A stretch of 64,000 bases of DNA from Camelus dromedarius (Eukaryota), in the NCBI RefSeq assembly GCF_036321535.1, contig NC_087437.1:46750001-46814000 (forward strand). The letters run 5' to 3'. This document shows positions 35,891-50,390 of this stretch, piece after piece (within the stretch, counting starts at the first letter, position 1; the number at the start of each line of letters is the position of its first letter). The notes beneath the pieces were generated by a model. The model was given only the letters and a program-made list of their open reading frames with translations, had not been told where the DNA came from and ran no database searches. The translations under genes were made by a program, and so were the position numbers.

Positions 35891-37469
35891 GAAAACAGTT
35901 CTGTCTTATTAAAACAAAACATTTTCCCATAAGCTTTGCTAAAAGGTTATTTGCTGCAGGAAACAGAAATTTATTACATCTGTAAAAGAACCCCAGTGGA
36001 GCTAAATTTGGCAAAAAGAGTGAATTTATTATGAGGGTATAGGACATCTCAAGTACCGTACGGGCTGTGAATTAGCAGGACTCACGGATGTGCCATAACC
36101 AAAGGCCAGTACACTTGGGGAAACTGTGAGATCATTTCTCTTCATCTCTCATTTATGATTCTCTCTGAGAATCTGATATTGGATTTCTCTCTGAAAATGG
36201 ACCTTTTTTGCCCTTCAGTCCATAGTTCAGATCTTGGCTGCAACAACTTTTAAATTTTCACTTCTTATATTAAAGAATATCCAGCCTGCCACTCAAATCT
36301 CTTTGTTACCACTGCACATTCCCGAGGAGGGACTTTAGTGTACCTGGCATGGATCAAGCTCCCAGCTTTAATCCTCTCATTTTTTATTAGAGAGCAGAGG
36401 CACATTATCAGATGTTTCTGGAGGAACTGCCCTTTTCCCAAAATGCACATGATTATAGTTTGTACTAAGTCTCCGTGTCACATCCAGGAATGTTTTTAAC
36501 TATTTGCATCTTTAGGAACAGGTAGCTCCTCCAGAAAAGCGTGTGCATGCCACAAGCCCCCCAGCAGGTGGTCATGTCAGTGGTTAGGCTTCTAAAGCAG
36601 TATAATAAAATTTTATAAACCACTATTCTGTAGTTTCGCATAGCTGCTAGTTCTTCAAAAATATTTTCTGAAGTACTATCCCTTTGCATTTTGTTCCGGA
36701 TGCATTAAGTCAATCATTGGGAGCCATTACTACTGAAAAGTTCAAGTCAGAGTTATAGCTTTTGATGAAAACTTATGAAATCATTTTGACTGCTTGAGGC
36801 TGTTTATCTTTGAAACTGGCAGAAGATCACTTTTGTCACCGAACCAGTTCACGAAATGGCCCCTCATCTTAAAGTGAAGATAAAGTCATCCAGCAAGGTG
36901 TGAAGAATCATTATCCTTCCCTAGGCTAGAGGACAGCTGACCTCCAAAGTAGGACTTCACGGGTTTGAAAAGGAACATAAATTGGTCTATTCTAAATACA
37001 AATTATTTTGGCCGTTAAATGTCTGTTGGTTTGGCAGCCAGTTTCAGGCATGATTGGAAATTTTTTTTAAATCTCTAAATCTGTCTGATCCCCTTCTCTT
37101 GCCAGAAGAAAATCAAGTGAGATGGAGTGACCCAAGAATCCACGTGTCCGAGGAAGGCTGGGGCAGGAGCTTCTTCCACGAGGTCAGGTTGCGAGGCAAG
37201 GAACTGAGGGCAGGTTCAGGTGTTTCCTGGAGCTGGGAGAAGTCAAAGGAAGGAGAGCAAGTCTCAGTTGGGATTAGGTGAAGGACGAGGTCCTGGGTAG
37301 GCTTGAATATTGACACCCAAGTGGTCTGAGATGCACAGGAGGTAGGCACTGTGGAAACCTGAGAATGAGAGACAGTGGAACAAGAAAAAGGGTGGTGGTC
37401 TATAGAAAACCCAGTGGGAAGTTTTTGACAATTTAATAAAATCATGATGTCCAAATTTCGGTTTAGTCT

Positions 37470-37840
37470 TTTATATCAGTTAGTAATGGATTCAGTTGCA
37501 ACTGAAACTTTCAAACAGGAGTTGGTTTACCCCTATAAACACAGACTCCTGTGTGGACAAACCAGGACTGGTGATGGTTCAGAGATGCCATCTGGGATCC
37601 AAGGCCTTCCTGCCTTTCCCCTCAGCCATCCTAAGAGTACAGGCCTTTGACTCACGACAGCACCTTTTGGTTGCAAAATGGCCACTGTACCTTCAGAACC
37701 TTTGTGTCTGCATTCTAAGCCGAAAAAAACGAGAAAGACTAAAGGACTAACTCTGTGACCACCCTCAGTAGAATTGAGATACTGTTGATTAGCAAGAAGA
37801 AGAAAATAAAATTAGAGGAGGCAGCTAGAACTATTTGCCT
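37470..37840 (-). mobile_element. MaLR LTR (MLT1-type), decayed
   Basis: tatatcagttagtaatggattcagttgcaac...gggatccaagg...cagccatcct...gttgcaaaatggccactg resembles reverse-complement MLT1. Confidence 0.55.
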
Positions 37841-39099
37841 TACTCTTCCTTTGACAAATTCAACCCGTATCTTTTTTCCTTTTCATTAAAAGATCAAGAT
37901 GAATTATGAAATGAGGTTAGTGTATGGCTTAACCCCGGTCCTGGAAAGTGAGGTCTGATGTTGCTTGGGTTGAGCTGACCTAATCTCTACTTAATTTTTC
38001 ATGGGCAAGTAAAATATATTGCATTCCTGATGGTTTATACAAGGCCTTCAGCCGTTATAACTTGACCCCTGTGCAGTGGTCTTGAAGGAGGAGGAGGGCA
38101 GAAGGTAGACACGGAAACACAGGTGTTCGGGAAAGAAAGAACCTGGTGTGATTAACACGTATAAAGCTGGATAAGTGACAAAACAGGAAGCGGTGGTGCT
38201 GGGAAAAGTTGAATTAACAAGGGCTGTGACTGTGGTGTTAACTGGTTCGGACTTTTTTCTGCAGGAATAGAGAACTGAGGGGTTTTAAGCAGTGGAATAC
38301 ATGAAGAGTCAGGCTCCTGAAGAGGTGGGTGAAATGATTACAAAGAGCACCCATGGTTTTTTTCATCCATATACTGGCTCTGAACATCTGAACTCAGAGT
38401 GAAAACGCAAGGTATAAAATGCCCTTATTGTTCAGTTAGCCACATTAGACTGCATAGAAAGTCATGATTTATGGATCAGATATTCTTACGTTATGTCAGA
38501 GTAGTTTTTCTTTATAACCTTACCTGAATTTAAAGTATGGTTATAGAAAGAATCATAGCTTAACACTCATTAATATGCCATGCAAAGGGATTCAGTTTGT
38601 CCAGAAATAGAGGCCAAACTGGGAGAAAAATCACATTATCAGAAAAATCTCTGTTCTGCCATCGGCCTAATTTACACAGGGTCTGTAACTGCCTCGGGTC
38701 TGGGGCTCAGTCTTCATATTAAGGAATTTGTTACTTTCTGTTTCAGACAACTGGACAAACTACAATCTCTACTGGGAACAAAATTACCTCCTAGGTTTGA
38801 AATAGCCCAAACAGCAGGTGTTGACAAGACAAAGACACGTTGTCTTTTCCCCAAAGGAAGCGAAGGCCCAGATCGTTGCACGAAGCCAAGATCTGTAAAA
38901 GGGACTGAATAAGGGCTTTAATCAGCTTAGCTTTCTCTTCCAAGAGAGAAGTTGAACACATTACCATCACTTGAATTTTAATTTAAGGGCAGAGTATGCA
39001 ACACTTTAGTTTGTTTTGTTTATCACTAGTATTCAGGAAGATGTGTGATTCTCTGGGAGGCTGTGACAGTTACCTGGAAAAATACTATGTTGAAAATAA

Positions 39100-39220
39100 A
39101 AAATCAGCTCAATTCAACAGACCTAGATTTCTAACCTGCCATTTTACAGTACAAGCTGTGTTAACTCAGGAACTTAACAATTCTCTGGGACTCCGGGTTT
39201 CATCTATGAGATGGAATAAT
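39100..39220 (+). mobile_element. MIR SINE fragment
   Basis: cagacctagatttctaacctgcc...acttaacaattctctgggactccgggtttcatctatgagatggaataat. Confidence 0.6.
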
Positions 39221-40448
39221 TTTTTTTTTTTTTTTTTGCCTCCATTCAAGAATCTCTTTGTTTCCTTCAAGAAAGACTGAATGCAGTCTTTGAAGCTACT
39301 CAGCCGAAGTGTGAGCAGAGAAAGCAATTTCCTAAATAATGTGACCTAAGAAGTAGAATAGATTCCTCTGGGTATCTGAGTACGTAGTCAGCTGAAATAT
39401 GTAACTTCGATAATTAAAAACACATTAAAATTCCAAGAAACTTAGCATGTTTTATGTGACCTGGAGGTTGATGGTGAGAGCAGAAAGGCTTCATGTTCAA
39501 AAGTACCTTTAATGTCTTTTGTTGCAATTTTTTTCTTTTGGATCAATTAATTACCAATTAACACCTTAGTCTAGATTTACTGACAACCAGATACATAAAC
39601 AAAACTAGGGAAGTTGAGAAATGAGAACACAGAATGGTTTTGATGAAGTTAGTAAGTGAACAGGGAACAGGCCTCCTGTTTTCATCTTTAGACTCCTACT
39701 GCTTGTGTGTTTGCTCTTAATTTTCTCAGATCCACAGTAACACTGACATTTCCCTTTCAGCATTACGCTGTTCTCACCAGGGTGGTTGTCCTTAAGGGCT
39801 CATTGAAATTTCTGTAAAATTCGTCTAAGCTATAGGAAACCAATAGCAAGAAAGGATTTTACCAGAATTGGTAGATGCATTCATATTTGTTTACCCAAGC
39901 AATATTTCTCCTAAAAGAGGGCTAGACAGCAAAATCATGGCTCCTCAGTTCCTCATGGGGAAAGAGAAGGAAAGATGTTTGAAATTACCTTTTTAAGTGT
40001 GGTAACTTTGCAACAAAACAAGACAGCTTATTTTCTGCTAATGCCTTTAAAACTCCAGAGAGTCCTTTTGAAAGCAACGTGGCAATATGAGCGAACTCCC
40101 AAGGTGTCCCTACTTTTCCCTCTAGTGTGACCTTCTACAGGAAGTCATCCAAACAGGACCCACAGCTCAACGTAAGACATTTACTACAGGATTAGCAGGA
40201 AAGAAAGCAGCTAAAAAAACCCTTGGAAAAAACCTAAGGGTCAAAATGTTTGAGAATGCTTAGTTCTTAGGTCGAGAATTATAATACTTCTATCTATTAA
40301 AGGTTATTTATTAAAAACTCAAATGTTATTTAAGCAGGTTTCCACATCAACAGTAAAACTTAACAGACTTTTTATTGTCTAGGTGCTGCTTTCTGGATAT
40401 CACAGTGCTCAGAAAACATGGTCAGAAGTGTGTATGTGAGTATATGGA

Positions 40449-40506
40449 GTGTGTGTGTGTGTGCGTGCGCACACGCACGTGTATGAGAGAGAAAGAGAGA
40501 GAGAGA
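40449..40506 (+). repeat. Compound (GT)n/(GC,CA)/(GA)n microsatellite
   Basis: gtgtgtgtgtgtgtgcgtgcgcacacgcacgtgtatgagagagaaagagagagagaga read directly. Confidence 0.9.
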
Positions 40507-42240
40507 ACTATTGATGATATGCTTAATTTTATGAAATGACAGCAAAATATTATATGAGTTGGTAATTGGTAAATACTGAAATATGCATAGTGGTTTTTAA
40601 AATATATAGTCTAATTTCAGAGAATCCAGAAAGCCAGCAGTGGAGTTGGGGAAGACACTTCAGATCAGAAGTTGTACAGTGTATTGAAAGGAAGACACAA
40701 CACATTTCTACGGGTTTGGCCATCTGCTTGTCACCACCCTGTACTGTGCTTCTGAACAGAAATGTTCTGCAGTGAAGGGGACAGAGAATGGAGGGGACAG
40801 GAAGACCCACAACACGTCTTTGTTAGCAAGCATCATTTTTGCATAGACTTTGTCTTTTTTAAAGATGAGTAGGAAGATAAAATGCAAATTGGATTTATGA
40901 GAAAATAACACAAATGAAGCAAGGAGAAACGTTATTCTGAAGAACCAAAGAGAAAAGCAGACCTCTGAAACTGATCAACTGAATGGAATAAAAGAAATCT
41001 TTTTGGGGTATTCACAATAGAATCAGGAAAGATGGGAAATAGAATGCGGCGAGACAGTTATAAGAAATCATACTGAGAAGAAACAGTAAGAAGAGGAGCA
41101 AAGTAAATACACTGAGATTAAAAATAACAGTAAGAAGAGGAGAAGAAATGTAAACTACGAGGAACTGGCACCAAATTTCAGTAGAAGCCTAAAGCTCTGC
41201 ACAGAAGTTACCCAGTCAGCACAACAGGAAAAAAGATTGAGTAAAAATTTAACTTACATGTTCTCCCAAAATAATGAAGAAAAGAAGAAAAGTAAAAATA
41301 TTAACAGAATATTAAAGAGACAGAAGTTTTAGTTTATAAACATTGTAGATGTTCCCCAGGTGTAAGCTACATCAAATAAGGCAAAAACCAAGACTAAAAA
41401 TATAAATTAAAAAAAAATTAGCTGACTATAATGAACAGTTTTGAGAGAGAAAAAGAGATAATTGGGTTACATGTATAAGTCATATTCTTTCAATAAATTT
41501 TGATAAACAGAGAATTATATCTGGACACCTTTTGCATAGCTAAGTTAAAGATAGAATTCTACAAATACACAGACAGAACAAACACCGAACTACCACCATC
41601 ACAATAATAAAAACAGTTTCCCTGGAGCAGGTTTTTTCTTTTGCTACTAGATGTCTCAATATTACTGTTAAGAAACTGTGCTTAAATCAGAATTTGAAGG
41701 GTAAAGGTCACAAGTCAAGCATTTTATTTTAAACGGACTTGATCTTTGTGGCAAAGGCAACAGGAAAAAAATCATCTGACAAATTAAAGAAACTCAGAAA
41801 ATGCACAACACACCTGAATTTCTTGAAAAACTTGGAGGAGATGAACAAATACATATTAAATTCCTTGCCTGCAGAGAAGTCAAGGGATACTGTTTTATTA
41901 TAAACTCCAAAAATAAGTAATACTTAAATATGCTTTTGTAAAACTTAGAGGTAACTACAAATGGATTAATTTTGGAATAAGCAATAGTATGTTATTTTAA
42001 AATTTAAACATTCTGTTGGCCATTTTGATGACTTTTTTTTTTCTATTTTAGCTCGTGCTAAAATGAACTTGTCATAAAAGTCTTATAATGATAACTTTCT
42101 TATAATTAATCATAAAAATAGAACACAAATTAAATTTTTGTAGAGTATTTAATGACATAAAAAATATTCATGACATGATGTTAAGAACAAAACCAGAGAA
42201 CAAGAGGCTATGTAAATCACAACATGTCAAATGTGCTTAT

Positions 42241-42243
<3 letters not shown>

Positions 42244-42287
<44 letters not shown>
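42244..42287 (+). repeat. (CA)22 microsatellite
   Basis: Perfect CA dinucleotide run. Confidence 0.95.
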
Positions 42288-42289
<2 letters not shown>

Positions 42290-43594
42290 GCATCCGTAAA
42301 AGGTGTCTATTTGCTCATTATGGGATTTGGGTTTTTTTTTAAATTATACTTGTCATTTTAAAATTTAAAAATTTTCTTTAATGACTATGTATTCTTATTA
42401 TAATCATAGAAATGAATTATCAAATTGATGAAGAATTAAATTGATTAAAATACATATATTTATACAATTTTAAATAATTCAGGAAATAAAAGATTTCTGC
42501 TCTTTTGCTAGCACATTATGTGAAAATAGCTGGATGGATATTCTCTGTTGTGAAGGCTATCATTGGGATGAACATATCTGAGCATGTTAAATATATGTTA
42601 TGTAGCTCATGTCATCACCATTGCAGGTTTTTGCTCAAATAATCCCTAAAAAAAAAAAAAAACATGGAAAACTATTTCCCCACTCTTACATTTTTTAATT
42701 AATTTAAATGTTTTATTGTAAGTAGTTAGTTGTAAGAAATATATTTTCCAGTGTTTTGGAAATAGTGACATTTTAAAGTAAAACTGTTACATTCCTTTTC
42801 AAATTCTATCCAATAGAATTTAATAGAATAGGCTAAATAGAATCTAAATGCCGTAGCAACAGTAGCCATTTAAAAATAGAAGAACTATCTCTTCTCTCAG
42901 GGACAGAAATTTTACATAATTCTCCTTTCTTCTTTAACTTATATTTCCATTCCACTTTTCCCATGTAATTTTATTTTAATTTTTTAACACGTAAAAAAAG
43001 TGTATCTTAATAAAATACACACACTGAATATTTTAGATGAATAATACTGTTATTAATCATTATGCTTGTTGTTGGAATAAGTCTGCTTTAAAGATGAATT
43101 ATAATCCTTATGTTACTTTTTTATAAATACAAATTACTAAAATCCTGTCTATCTCAATAAGTAGTTAAATAAGTCAGTTAAATAAGTTGATGGGAGGATG
43201 GAAAGAAATTTTATTATGCAGTTATTCAATTATTTGAACTTATTCTGAATTATATGTCAAAGAAATACTAAGTACTCTATCATCAAAATTATATTTAATG
43301 ATCTAGAGTGGATAATTTAATATGTCCTCCTTCAATTTTGCTGGAAATACAATATGAAAACCACCTGACATTAAAGACATTTGTTACCCAATCAGCAGCG
43401 TTACTCATTTTCCCAGTGTGTGGGAAGCAAGCCAAGTACATTTTATAGACTTAGCAAGTTCTTACTAATTGTAGTGCTACTCTTTCACACAGAGGGTCCC
43501 CATGCAGCCTAATACACAAAAATAGTGTTCTGAGGGAATCAAATGTTGATATTGTCACAAACTTTGCTAATAAATAACTTTTTAAAAGGAAAGA

Positions 43595-44050
43595 ATATAA
43601 CCACAATCATCACAGGATTTTTATCAACCCTATGAAATGACCGTCATCCACTTTAGAGTCAACCCCCTCCCTCCAACCCCAGGCTCTAGCAACTTCTCAT
43701 CTGCTTTCTGTCATTAAAATTTAGCCTTTTTCTAAAAGTTTATGTAAATGGAATAATATACTATTAGTTTTTTGTGTCTGTCTCCTTTCACTTAAAAATG
43801 CTTTGAAATTCATCCATTTTTTTCATGTTTTCAAGAATTGTTTTACATTGCTGACTAATACTATGGCTGTACCACACTTTGTTTATCCATTGGCTAGCTG
43901 ACAGATGCTTAGGTTGGTTCTAGTTAGAAGCCATGGCAAGTAAAGTTTCTATGAACATTTGAGTGGGAGTTTTTATTTCTCTTGCATAAATGCCTGGGAG
44001 TGGGATTGCTACATTTTGGGATTTGGGATGGGTTTGGAATGCATGTTTAC
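43595..44050 (-). mobile_element. Old L1 3' fragment
   Basis: ctccctccaaccccagg...catctgctttctgtc...tatgtaaatggaataatatac...cttttcactt...attcatccat...gtttatccatt...gggattgct is antisense L1 3'UTR/ORF2 end. Confidence 0.75.
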
Positions 44051-46469
44051 TTCTTGTATTAAGCTTTTATCACCCAAATATTTGCTATCCAACACATTTT
44101 AAAGAAAAGATTGGATTCAAATAACAAGGGATGCCTCTCTCAGCACCAAATCATAAATCTCAAGAGCAAATGCTTCAAATTACAGGTTTCAATATTGCCA
44201 GCGTGTTGTTCACGTGGACAGCAGCTAAATGATGGGTAGTGGGAATAATTTTATTTTAAAGAGAGTTTATAATAATACCAAGAAACATGAAAGAGTATAG
44301 TTAAAACAACTGAAATAATATGTATTCTATAAAATAAACCTTATTGTCAAGTTTTCACAGACTACATTGAGAGAAAATGCTTGTGATACATTAAATAAAG
44401 AATATAAAGTAGTTGTGATGGAAATTTTCTTTTCGAAAATGTTAAATATGTATACATAAACACAATGACTGTCTATGAGAGGAGAAATTTCACATGATTT
44501 TTATTTTTCACTTTGTACCTTTTTATTTTATCCATTTTTCTGTGAGGATCTGTATTTTTGATGAAAATAAAAAAGAAGTCAACATTTTATCTGATCTTCA
44601 GATGGAAAGGTTTTCAAAGCAGAAGAATAACTTATAAAGAAAAAGACTGATAAATATAACTTGTGAAAGTTTAACTTTTTATATGTTATATCTACCATAA
44701 AAAATGTTAAAGGCAAATTGCACACATACTGAGGAAATATCAGTAGTATATCTAATTTGGAAGAGCTATATATAAAACAACACCCCCAAAGCAAAATGTT
44801 CCTATAGAAGACTAGGTAAAGACCGGACATTTACTAAAAACACACAGTAGATAATAATGTGCAAGAAATGACTGCCAATATTAAAGTAAACTCAAATTAA
44901 AGCAAGATAATGCTTTTCAACTATTATAGTGGCAAAAATTAAATAAAGTAATAATGGCTCAAAAAAGCGATACTCTGCCTTTGGAATGACGTGGGGAAAC
45001 CAGTCACAGAAGTGAGACGTGAATAAGACTCAGACCCAGTAGAGGAAAGAAACCAGAACAAAAAACTATCAGGGGGATCGTTGGGGATACGGAGGGTGAA
45101 AACTTCCATCCCACATGGTTTTCCAGTGCATATGGGATGAGATGCAAACCATTTTTCCTTAACTATTAAGGTAAATGATGACCCCATAAATTCCTGGAAA
45201 AATCCAAACTCTGATATCTAGTTTGATATTTATTTATGCCTATAAATTTCCTCTGCCATTTTTCATTGTTCATTTATTTACATAAATTCGTACTTTTTAT
45301 CCAACTCGGGCATAAAAGTCCTATCAAACTCGGTATAATGTTTTTTCTGTTTATGCACGCCTCTACCCAAGGCCCAATGAAACATATGTTTATCACTATC
45401 ACTGTAGTTTAACTGTGGCTCAAGCTTGAATACGCCACTTAACAAATACGACTCCTGCAGTATTCAACGCTATCTCAGAAGGCAATTTAATAATTGTGTT
45501 TTTGCTACTAAAACATTATTTTATGTCTCTTGAAGGATCTTCCTCTTACCACAGGTGCATTTTTTTAAATAAGTGCAATATTCAGCTGGTACACATTACT
45601 TTAGCCAAACTCCTTGTTTATTATCAATGTCCACTGTGCTTGATCTATGCTGTTCTGATTGGTTGATGTCCTGGACATTTGTGTAATATTTTGATTATTG
45701 CTTCTTTTCATGGTACTTCTTCAAAACAAATACAGTTCCTGGAACAATATCTTCTACGTTTTGCTCCATCTCATCACATCTCTACTGATGTGTCAGAGGT
45801 CATGCTAGATTGGCAGACTGGTCCACTTCCCATCTGGTCTTTTTTTTTAACTCAGTCTGGTAGTGTTTGATCTCTTTTCCCAATGGAGCATGCGAAGGCT
45901 CTTTCCATCAATGGCTTAAAAGTAGACACTGGCTACAATGTGTCAGTTTACTATCTTGAATGTAGACCTAGAGTAACTCCTAGCATCAGTATCCCTTGAG
46001 AATTTTGAGACCAACACCACGACAGACAGGGGTAGACAATCTAGAGACAAGTTTCCATGTCAAAGAGGAAAAAGATAAAATTGAGTCAATAAACATAAGA
46101 ACACAAAAAGGATGCATGGAGATAGAATGCAGAAAGTTAGACGGAGTAATTCCAGTGCTTTGGGCCAAGCAATTGAAGTTTACAAGGATCTGGCTCCAGT
46201 GGCATTTCTCAGAGTTTAAAATTAGTCATGGCTGATGATAAATAAGTGCTTGGTAGGTGGTGGTAAGAAATGTAAAAGTCTCTATCTTCTTGAGAACATA
46301 AGGGACAAATTTGGAGTGTGTGTATTCTATTTTATCTCTTTGATCTTGAGGAATAAACTTTGATTGGCAATTGTGATTATTTAGCTGTGAGAAAGCAAAA
46401 ATCAACAATAAACAATCATTTATTCAGTGTCTACTAAATGACATCCTGAGGAGGGTGCATTGCCTAAAA

Positions 46470-47235
46470 ATAATCACAATAGCTAATAACTATGACAACT
46501 TACTGTACGCCAGACAATGTTTTAAATATTTTTACACCATTAAGTCACAATACTCTAAAAAAATCTGACATAGTTGCTATTCTTACTCCCATGTGCATTT
46601 GAGAATGCTGAATTTCAGAGAGGTTAGTAAGTGTTATCATGTTACACAGCTAATAAATGGCAGAGTTAGCACACACACACTCACTTATATGTAATTATTT
46701 AAAGATCCATAGATACGTTTGTATTAAAATACATATTGTTATTCTTACAGCAAGCCTGAAATTAATATTAATATCTTTATTTCACACTGCTCTATTATAT
46801 AGAACACTTATGCTCAGAGAGTTTGAGTAACTTGCCTCCAGTCACAAGGGTTGTAAACTGTAAAATCAGGGTTTGAACTCAGGCCCTTTTCCCACCATAC
46901 CAAGGCTATAACCTGTAGGAAAGGAGTGAGGCTTTTATGAATAACTCTGGAAAGTTATTATGAAATGGAATCTAGGTCAGGCGCCTGATAACTCATCTAT
47001 CATACAGTATAAATGTAACAGTAACGAAGAGGCTATTTTAATTGTATCTTTTACATGTGTCCTTTATACATTTATTTTCTATTCTTTTTAACATCCCTAT
47101 GAGATAGGCTATGGTATTATCTATCCTGCACAGACAGAGGGACAGTTCTTTAGAGATAGAATGTACTTCACCTGAGGTCATCAAGCTAACTACGAGATGG
47201 AGGAAGGTTCCCTGGCTCTGAGTCCAGGGTTGCTT
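46470..47235 (-). mobile_element. Cluster of three MIR fragments
   Basis: Reverse-complement MIR motifs at ~46470-46670, ~46735-46885 (gctcagagagtttgagtaacttgcc...gggtttgaactcagg) and ~47070-47235. Confidence 0.6.
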
Positions 47236-50200
47236 TTATACCCAGTCAACCAAGCTTCTTGTAATAATGTCTGCTTTCAGATTGAATTTTTATATCACGC
47301 ACTCCTGTATCTGTTGACTAGGAATAACAATCCAGTCCATTCCACTTCTGGGATGCTTTAATTTTGAAGTTTTTCCAGTCGACCCCTGAAAAGGGCTCCA
47401 TAAGAAGCTTGTGCCATAGCTGTGGCTTGGTTGCTAATACTGCTGTGTACAAAGTTCCCATCAGGATTCTGGATTCTAAGTAACCAAAGCCAGCTCCAAT
47501 TTAAATGTAAGAAGAATGAATTGGAACGATACAAATAGTTGGGAAGGATAAAGAAATTAGACTCAGGAAATAGCTTGGCTGCAACCAGGCAATTTCCAAG
47601 ACAGCAGAAATGGACCCTCTTTGGTTCCCTAGTGTGATGGAGCGCCATCAAGAATCAAACAATTGACCTCCAGAAGTCAAAACAGAAACAGACAAATTCT
47701 ATGACATTCACAAAGAGCAAATTTGTCTATCTGATAAAATCCTTCTTTGTGGAGTTAAACGCCTAGAGTTTGATTCCAGAAATGTGAGCTCTCCCACCTT
47801 CCAGCACAGATACACACACATCTACATCTTATGAAATACAGCCTGTGACCTTGAGCAGATGATCTCACTTCAGCTTGTGCGTATCCTCAGTTAGAAACCT
47901 GGCACTTTATTACTGATCACTCCCTAACAGCTAAATGGGTTTATGGCAACAGTGACTTTAAGTACCTAAAAAGTGAAAGAAAAATGCTCTGAGCCAGATG
48001 AAAGGTGTTTCTCATTTTATAATTCTGAGGCACACATGCTATCCTGTAACTTCTTCAGAGTTCCCAATCTAAAAATATTTCCCATCAAGATACTAGAGCT
48101 TGCTTGCTGTGTAGTGAAAGAGGTATTGTCAAATCCAGAAGGGTGGAACTACATGAGAAACTTCGTTTTAAAGTCAAGGTAAATCTTGGAGAAATCAGTA
48201 TACTAAGGTGTTGCTGGGCTCATGTAGACAAGGTAAGAAAACCCGTGGGTGGCGGCACCTTGGGACTCCTTGGCCGTCCTGCTCTATCCAGGCGTTTATT
48301 CATTGTGTTCTTAAATTCCAGTTCAAACACTGATGACTGACCAATTCATGAATAAGCTGTTCTCTTAATTCATGCCAATGTCATTAATGACAGAAACAAA
48401 TAAAAAAAGATATTTTCCAAATTAAAAAGTACTATGATTTTTCTAAACATAATGAAACTAATAAAATTCACATATATCCCTGGAAAACACAGAGGAAGTG
48501 AGAAGGAAAAAGGTTACAATGTATTATATAAAACAGTAACTTGACTATGGAACAGATTTATGATCACATAAAATTTTTAAATAGCGTAAGAGCTCAGTCT
48601 CCTGTACATGACAGTCTGAGGACATTTACAATTTTATTTTAAAAAATAAAAGGCTCTTCTTGAGCTATTGTGGCACCATAGATGCCCTGAAACCTCAATA
48701 AAAATCTATTTTCACACTTTCACATGGGAGAGAAAAGACTGAGAAGAATATATGGAGCATGTAACACCAGAACCAGCCTGCACATCTGAGTTGTGAATGT
48801 CTCTAACAGGTGTTCCCCGGAAGGACACAAATGGAATTGTCCGCTGCTGACGCTGATTCAGGGAACACACTATCTAGCTCTCCATTGGTAGGCATAACTC
48901 CTTAAAATTTGTGCTGGTATTCCCCATGTCATACCACCAAAATGCTGCCTGTGGATGTTTCTCTGCCCAGAAGGGAGCTGAAATAGTCTTAATCAGAAGG
49001 TCCTCTCCCTCTTTCTAGCAGTTGGCTTCCTGGCCAGGATGAACCATTTATGAAGGGGAAGATATTATAATAAACATTTTTCTCTTCCTAAAGAAAGTAT
49101 ACACACTAAAAGTAAACTTTCTCTTGACAGGATCCAAATAATTTGAACACTGTTTGAAGATTCATTAATGCTTGACAGTGAAAACACTAGACCTGAAGCC
49201 TAAACCCTCAGCCACACTCTACAGGGTAGGGAGACACAGAGAAATGTGGAAACTCAGAGTCTCAGAGAAGCCAAGGTCGAGACTCTCGAAGTGGATGTTC
49301 TGGAACCACTAACACTCACGGTCTGAACAGAGACTCTATTGGAAGAAATTTCAGCGAGACCCTGAGTTGGGTCCCTTAGCTAAATTGCAAACAGTTGGTC
49401 TTCAGACCCAAAGTTTTATTTGGATACGCAAATATGAAGAACCTGGCTGGAAAGAGTTGAGTAGAATATTACTATAATAGTGCTAATGAAAGAAAATAAT
49501 GAAGAGAGAACTAGCATGGCTGTAAAACCTGATTTATAGGTAAATCTTAACTCAATAACACTGATAACTTAAGACTTTTTAAATCAGTTCAATCCATCAA
49601 AAAATATCAAGACAAAGATGACCTATGCCAAGGCTTTTTCCTTAAAGAATTTTCAATATGACGTGCAAGACAAAATTATGCAAATACCTATAATGCAATG
49701 AGGTGGTTCTATACTAGAAGAACAGGGAATAGATATTAATTCTCACTACAGGAATCAAGGATAACTTCATTCAGCAGGTATTTGCTTTGGACTTTGAAAG
49801 ATGAATGAAGTTTTCATAGATTTGAGGATTAGGTGGAAGAAATCCAGGGAGGGAGAAAAAATGTGATCAAAGACATAGAGACAAAAAAAACAAACAAACA
49901 AACAAAAAAAAAAAAACAAAAAAATATTGGCATGTTTGAACAAAAACCATAAATAGTTAAGTAGTACCAGAATCAGATAGAAGGTGGAATATATAGTGAG
50001 ACATGCTGTAATACTAAGACAGGGTAAGGCCTGATGGTAGAGAACTTTCAATTCTATGTTAATGAGTTTATCTAAGGAGAATATACTCATTAACGTAGCT
50101 TTGAAACAGGAAGTCATTATAGCATGTAGAGTTCATAAACACTTAGAGTTTCTGTAATTTGTATCAAATATAGATGTCAAATGACTGAGCATATCATGCT

Positions 50201-50269
50201 AAATTAAAAAGAAAAAATTAGCTGTATATTAGGTCTGAAGCTTAAAGCAAAATAGATATTTCTAATCAC

Positions 50270-50390
50270 CACAAAAGCCCCGCTAGGGCAAGTACTGTTA
50301 CTGGTATTGAGCAGTGGAGGAGACCAAGAGGGTCAGAGAAGAAAGTCAGCTGGCAAGTAGCAGAGCCAGGACTCAAACTCAGATTCCGTC
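50270..50390 (-). mobile_element. MIR SINE fragment
   Basis: gaggagaccaagagggtcagagaag...cagctggcaagtagcagagccaggactcaaactcag. Confidence 0.65.

Noticed and set aside
48670..49140. Possible old ERVL/LTR16-like LTR (similar vague signals at ~35960-36480 and ~47440-47600)
   Set aside because: The resemblance is too weak to set family or boundaries without a Dfam search.
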